The translations under genes and the position numbers were made by a program. Positions 59,426 to 64,000 of a stretch of DNA of 64,000 bases are shown here, one piece after another (position 1 is the first letter of the stretch; each line of letters opens with the position of its first letter). The notes under the pieces were generated by a model. It made no database searches, was not told where the DNA came from, and saw only the letters and a program-made list of their open reading frames with translations. This DNA is from an uncultured Desulfospira sp. (lineage in GTDB: Bacteria > Desulfobacterota > Desulfobacteria > Desulfobacterales > Desulfobacteraceae): the NCBI GenBank assembly GCA_963663165.1, contig OY760175.1:5792001-5856000 (forward strand), in the 5' to 3' direction.

Positions 59426-60661
59426 ATGCGGATCATCCATACCTCGGACTGGCACCTGGGCCAGAATTTTATGGGAAAAACCAGGGAGACAGAACATAAA
59501 GCTTTTCTGGACTGGCTGCTGGACCTCATTGAGGCGGAACAGGTGGATGCCCTGGTGGTATCGGGGGATGTCTTTGACACCGGTACCCCGCCGTCCTATG
59601 CCAGGGCTGTTTTTTTTGATTTTATCGCATCCCTTGACCGGACCTGCTGCCGGCAGGCCGTGTTTATCGGGGGGAATCATGATTCTCCGGCCACCCTCCT
59701 GGAGGGGCAGAATATCCTTGAACGGCTGAACACCAGAATCCGGGCCGGGATATCCGGGGAGCCTGCAGACCATCTGACCATCCTCAAAGACAGGCGGGAT
59801 GTCCCCGGGGCCCTGTTGTGCGCGGTACCATTTATCCGGCCCCGGGACCTGGTGTCAAGCTGTGCCGGGCAAACCGGGCAGGACAAGAAAAAAGCCCTGG
59901 CCGATGCCATCTCCCGGGTGTATGAAGAGGTTTACCACCAAGCCGGACAGATGCTGGAACAGCAAGGGCTTGACCTCCCCATCCTGGCCACGGGCCATCT
60001 CACCCTGGTGGGGGGAAAGGCCACGGAATCGGTCCGGGAAATTTATATCGGCTCTCTGGAAGCATTTCCCATATCCCGGCTGCCCCGGTTTGATTACATG
60101 GCCCTGGGCCATCTGCACAGGCCCCAGCAGATCAAAGGGGATTTTCCCTGTTTTTATTCCGGGTCTCCCATCCCGTTAAGTTTTGATGAGGGCAATGCCC
60201 AAAAACAGGTGATGCTTGTGGAAACCGGCCAAGGGGCCGTTGAGCAGGTGAAACCCATTCCCGTGCCCTGGTTTAGAAAGCTGATATCGGTTCAAGGAAC
60301 CCTGGCGCAGATCCGGGATCAACTGGCCCGGCCTGATTTAATCAAAGATCTGACCCCGTCTGATCCTGCCCCGTGGCTGGAAGTTGCGGTCCAGGGGCCG
60401 GCCCCGGATATCCAGGCCAGAATCCTTGACATGATCCGGGATACAGATATTGAATTGCTCAGGATCAAGCGCAAAGCCGTTCCCGGTGAGCGGGAGGCGT
60501 TTGAGGACCTAAACCAGACCCTGGAATCCCTGGGAACAAAAGAGGTGTTTTTGAAAAGGCTTTCATCTGAAGAATTTGATGAGCAGACCCGGGACAAGCT
60601 GGTGGGCCTTTTTCAGCATATTTTAGATCAGGTTGAAACCGGTCAGGGGCCAATCCCATGA
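59426..60661 (+). CDS. sbcD: Exonuclease SbcCD subunit D
   Basis: HTSDWHLG, GDVFD, GNHDS, ALGHLH, YSGSP. Confidence 0.96.
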   Translation: MRIIHTSDWHLGQNFMGKTRETEHKAFLDWLLDLIEAEQVDALVVSGDVFDTGTPPSYARAVFFDFIASLDRTCCRQAVFIGGNHDSPATLLEGQNILERLNTRIRAGISGEPADHLTILKDRRDVPGALLCAVPFIRPRDLVSSCAGQTGQDKKKALADAISRVYEEVYHQAGQMLEQQGLDLPILATGHLTLVGGKATESVREIYIGSLEAFPISRLPRFDYMALGHLHRPQQIKGDFPCFYSGSPIPLSFDEGNAQKQVMLVETGQGAVEQVKPIPVPWFRKLISVQGTLAQIRDQLARPDLIKDLTPSDPAPWLEVAVQGPAPDIQARILDMIRDTDIELLRIKRKAVPGEREAFEDLNQTLESLGTKEVFLKRLSSEEFDEQTRDKLVGLFQHILDQVETGQGPIP

Positions 60662-63600
60662 GAATTCTAACCCTCAGATTTAAGAATATAAACGCCCTTA
60701 AAGGGGAGTGGAAAATTGATTTTACCACCCCTGAGTTCGCGGACCAGGGGCTGTTTGCCATCACAGGACCCACCGGTGCCGGAAAAACAACGATCCTGGA
60801 TGCCCTTTGCCTGGCCCTGTACCACCGGACCCCCCGGCTGATGGTGTCGGGATCGGTGAATGAACTGATGACCCGGCATACCGGGGAATGCCTGGCTGAA
60901 GCCGAGTTTGAGGTACAGGGCCGGGCATACCGGGCTTTTTTTTCCCAGCGCCGGGCCCGGGGAAAGGCCGGCGGCAGGCTCCAGCCCCCCCAGGTGGAAC
61001 TGGCCGAGGGCAGCGGAAAGATTTTATCCAGCACCCTGGTGGACAAATTAAAAACCGTAACCCAGATCACCGGTCTTGATTTTGACCGGTTCACCCGGTC
61101 CATGCTGCTGGCCCAGGGCGGGTTTGCGGCCTTTTTAGAGGCCGGGGCCAATGAACGGGCCGAATTGCTTGAAGAGCTGACCGGAACCGGTATTTACGGG
61201 CAGATTTCCTGCCTGGTGTTTGACCGGATGAACGCTGAAAAAAAAGCCCTGGAACTGCTGGCCGCCGGCAGCGGCGGAATTGAATTTCTGGACAAAGAGG
61301 CCCTTGACAGTCTGTCCAAAGAAATGGAAGGCCTCAAGGAAAAAGAAGCCAGGATTCGCGAAAATTACCGGGCGTTGCTGGAGAACCGGCAGTGGCTCAA
61401 AGACCTTGAAGAAAGGAACAAAGAGATCCTTGGTGCGGCCTCCCGGGTTAAAGAGGCGGCGTTGTTCCGGCAGGCCCATGAAGCAGATCTGGAAAAACTG
61501 TTGGCCTCCGGCCCGGCCATGGAAATTAATCCCCTGTGGGAAACCCTCAAGGGGATTGGCCTTGGGCTGGAACGGGCCAGAGAAGAGGCCGTTAAGGTGA
61601 CCGAACAGATAGGCGCCTGCAGAATCCGCCGGGAAGACCTGGAAAAGAAGGCGGCCCAGGCCCTTGAAAATGAGAAACAGGCCAGACAGGAACAACAAAA
61701 GACCGAAGCCCTGATCACGGAAGAGGTACTGCCCCTGGACCATGAGATTCAGGCTCTGGAAAGCCAGGCCCGAAAGCTTGAACAATCAATCCGGAAGATT
61801 GGCGAAAAGCAGCTTGACCTTAAGGAAAATCTGGGCCGGCAAAAGGGCCTTGTTCAGAATCATGAAAGGGACCTGGAACAGGCCCGGGCTTATATTTCGG
61901 CGAATTCGTCCCATTCCGGGCTCGGGGAAATCCTGCCCGTTGTTGAAACCTTGTTTGAGCAACGGGGCGGGCAGCAGAAAGAACTTGACGCCCTTAACAA
62001 AGAGGAAAGAGGACGCCGGGAAATACTGGGGCAATTGGAGGCCCAGGCTCAGAAGCTTGAAACGGCCAGTGCCGGCCATATCCGGTCCGTCACAGGGATC
62101 AGGGAAAAGATTTCCGACCTGTCCCGGGAGATCGGGCAGGTTTTAGGGGAAACCTCCCGAAGCGATTTAACCCATGAGTATGAATCCCTGACCCGTGCCA
62201 TGCCCCTTTGGGTGGAGTTAAAGAATATTTCCCAGGGGATCCGCGAGGAGAAAAAAGAGAAAAAAAACCTTGAAATCCGGGTCAGTGAAGAGGAGAAAAC
62301 CAGGGATGAGCTGGTGTCGTCCTTAAGCGCACTGGAAACCGGAAAAAAACTGGTCCAGGACCACCTGAAAGACCTTGAACGGATCACTGAACAGGAACAG
62401 CGCATTCAAAGCCTTGCCCGGCATCGGGATTGCCTTGAAAAGGGCATGGCCTGCCCCCTGTGCGGATCAACCCGTCACCCGGCCATTGAGGCGTACCGCT
62501 GCCTGGACCTTTCGGAAAACCAGGTGAAAAAAGAGGCCAAAGCCATAGCGCTGGCCCGGTATGAAGCAGACATCAGCAAAGTGAACCAGCGGCTGGCCGC
62601 CTGCCGGGCAAACCTTACGGCCCAACAAGTTCAGCTTACGGCCCATGACCGGAAAATCCAATCCCTTGAGACCGCCTGGGATAAAACAACCGCTGGGTTA
62701 AAGGTCAGCCTTACCCCGGATCACGAGGTTCAGGATCTTATAGAAGAACAGGAACGGCAGATGACCTGGGTTAAGACCCGGCTGGCCGGTCTGGAAAACC
62801 TGGATCTTCAACAGCGGCAGCTGGAAATCCGGCTGCAGAAAACCCTGGACAACCAGCAGGCCGATGCCCACCAGGCAGATCTGGTCCAGTTTAAGATTAT
62901 GGAGCTCAAGGACCGGGCAGATGATATGTCGCGCAGGAAACAGCGCCTTTCCGAAAAGGCGGCCGGGTTAGCGGAAAAACTGGCCCGGATTCTGGCCCCC
63001 CTGGGCCTGGAACAGCCTGTCTTTGAAGACCAGGACGCCTGGGTTAAGAATTATCACCAATTATGGGAACGGTTTCAGCAGGCCGGGGACAGGGAAAAAC
63101 AGGCGGCTCAAAGCCTGGAACGGCTCCGGTCGGCCATGGGCCTGATTGAAAGAGACCTGGAACTTCAAGCCGAACAGGCCAATGACCTGGCAACGGATTT
63201 AAAAGAGGCCGGGGAAAGGGCCCGTACCCTCAAGACCACCCGGCAGCGGCTGTTTTCAGACAAGTCCGTGGCCGGGGAAAGACACCGGCTTTCAAGGGCA
63301 GTGGCTCAAGCCCAGGGGGTTCTCAAAACCCTGGAAAAGGAAAAAGAAGCGGTTCAATCCGCCGAACACCGGCTGTTGGGCAGCCTGGAAAATTTTGAAA
63401 AACAGGCCGCCCGTTTTGAAACCGACCAGGCCAATGCCCGAAAAGAATGGGCACAGGCCCTTGAAAACAGCCGGTTCAAGGATCAGGCCGATTTTGAAGC
63501 CGCCCTTTTGCCGGTTGATGAACGAAAGGCCCTGGAAATATTAAACCAGGCCATTGTCGACCGGGAAACCCGGACCACAGCCCTTTTGGAAAGCCTGAAA

Positions 63601-64000
63601 AAAGACCTGGAAATCCTGGAAAACCAGAAAAAGACGGACCAATCCGCCGGGCAGATTGCCCAGGCCCTGGAAGAGACGGACCAGGCGCTTATGGATATCG
63701 GCTCCCGGAAAGGGGAAATCCGCCAGACATTAACCCAGGAAAGCGAAAAACGGCTTCAGCAAAAGGCGCTGTTCCAGAAGATTGACCGGCAAAAGGAGAT
63801 TTATGACGACTGGGCCAGGCTGTCTGACCTGATCGGGTCAAGGGACGGGGCAAAGTTCCGGCGGTTTGCTCAAGGGTTGACCCTGGAGCATCTGCTGGTT
63901 CTGGCAAACCGCCGGTTATCCCTGCTGTTCGGCCGGTATATCCTGGTCAGAAAGCCTGGCGAGGATCTCGGCCTGGAAGTTAAGGACACCTGGCAGGCCG
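60658..64000 (+). CDS. sbcC: Exonuclease SbcCD subunit C (3'-truncated by window edge; absent from the ORF track)
   Basis: ATGA overlap with sbcD; MRILTLRFKNINAL, GPTGAGKTT Walker A, LAQGGF, in-frame zinc hook CPLCGS at 62452, KFRRFAQGLTL near the end. Confidence 0.95.
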   Translation, partial: MRILTLRFKNINALKGEWKIDFTTPEFADQGLFAITGPTGAGKTTILDALCLALYHRTPRLMVSGSVNELMTRHTGECLAEAEFEVQGRAYRAFFSQRRARGKAGGRLQPPQVELAEGSGKILSSTLVDKLKTVTQITGLDFDRFTRSMLLAQGGFAAFLEAGANERAELLEELTGTGIYGQISCLVFDRMNAEKKALELLAAGSGGIEFLDKEALDSLSKEMEGLKEKEARIRENYRALLENRQWLKDLEERNKEILGAASRVKEAALFRQAHEADLEKLLASGPAMEINPLWETLKGIGLGLERAREEAVKVTEQIGACRIRREDLEKKAAQALENEKQARQEQQKTEALITEEVLPLDHEIQALESQARKLEQSIRKIGEKQLDLKENLGRQKGLVQNHERDLEQARAYISANSSHSGLGEILPVVETLFEQRGGQQKELDALNKEERGRREILGQLEAQAQKLETASAGHIRSVTGIREKISDLSREIGQVLGETSRSDLTHEYESLTRAMPLWVELKNISQGIREEKKEKKNLEIRVSEEEKTRDELVSSLSALETGKKLVQDHLKDLERITEQEQRIQSLARHRDCLEKGMACPLCGSTRHPAIEAYRCLDLSENQVKKEAKAIALARYEADISKVNQRLAACRANLTAQQVQLTAHDRKIQSLETAWDKTTAGLKVSLTPDHEVQDLIEEQERQMTWVKTRLAGLENLDLQQRQLEIRLQKTLDNQQADAHQADLVQFKIMELKDRADDMSRRKQRLSEKAAGLAEKLARILAPLGLEQPVFEDQDAWVKNYHQLWERFQQAGDREKQAAQSLERLRSAMGLIERDLELQAEQANDLATDLKEAGERARTLKTTRQRLFSDKSVAGERHRLSRAVAQAQGVLKTLEKEKEAVQSAEHRLLGSLENFEKQAARFETDQANARKEWAQALENSRFKDQADFEAALLPVDERKALEILNQAIVDRETRTTALLESLKKDLEILENQKKTDQSAGQIAQALEETDQALMDIGSRKGEIRQTLTQESEKRLQQKALFQKIDRQKEIYDDWARLSDLIGSRDGAKFRRFAQGLTLEHLLVLANRRLSLLFGRYILVRKPGEDLGLEVKDTWQA

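Overview
Chromosomal window that looks like a sulfate-reducing deltaproteobacterium (Desulfobacteraceae-like; inferred from gene style, not proven). It has about 49 CDS, mostly housekeeping, signalling and transport genes. These include a csp-rhlE-RRM cluster, two hybrid histidine kinases, an OmpR-type two-component system next to an LTA-synthase-family gene, GGDEF and GGDEF-EAL proteins, proC, asd, rarD, a TRAP transporter and sbcD-sbcC (sbcC runs off the window end). There is also a TPP-riboswitch-led thiamine salvage operon split by a Phd-VapC toxin-antitoxin pair, and a porin with a sigma54-type promoter. I found no rRNA, tRNA, CRISPR array, integrase or transposase. The most unusual content is intergenic: (1) a family of ~90-nt two-hairpin units (TATAWGAAA...TTTCA-linker-GTTGYGGGC...GCCCRTGGCCGT), with 9 complete units at 5 loci, whose hairpin sequences vary while pairing is kept, and which form tandem arrays in shuffled order like small mobile cassettes; (2) at least five families of heptamer-repeat elements, often palindromic; (3) REP-like palindromes nested in composite elements. 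Notable proteins are a QTMAN/GTDC1-like glycosyltransferase next to a macrodomain gene, a stand-alone IucA/IucC-type enzyme, an NTT/TLC-like transporter-HEAT-cNMP fusion, and a secreted CARDB-HExxH protein with a dockerin-like tail.
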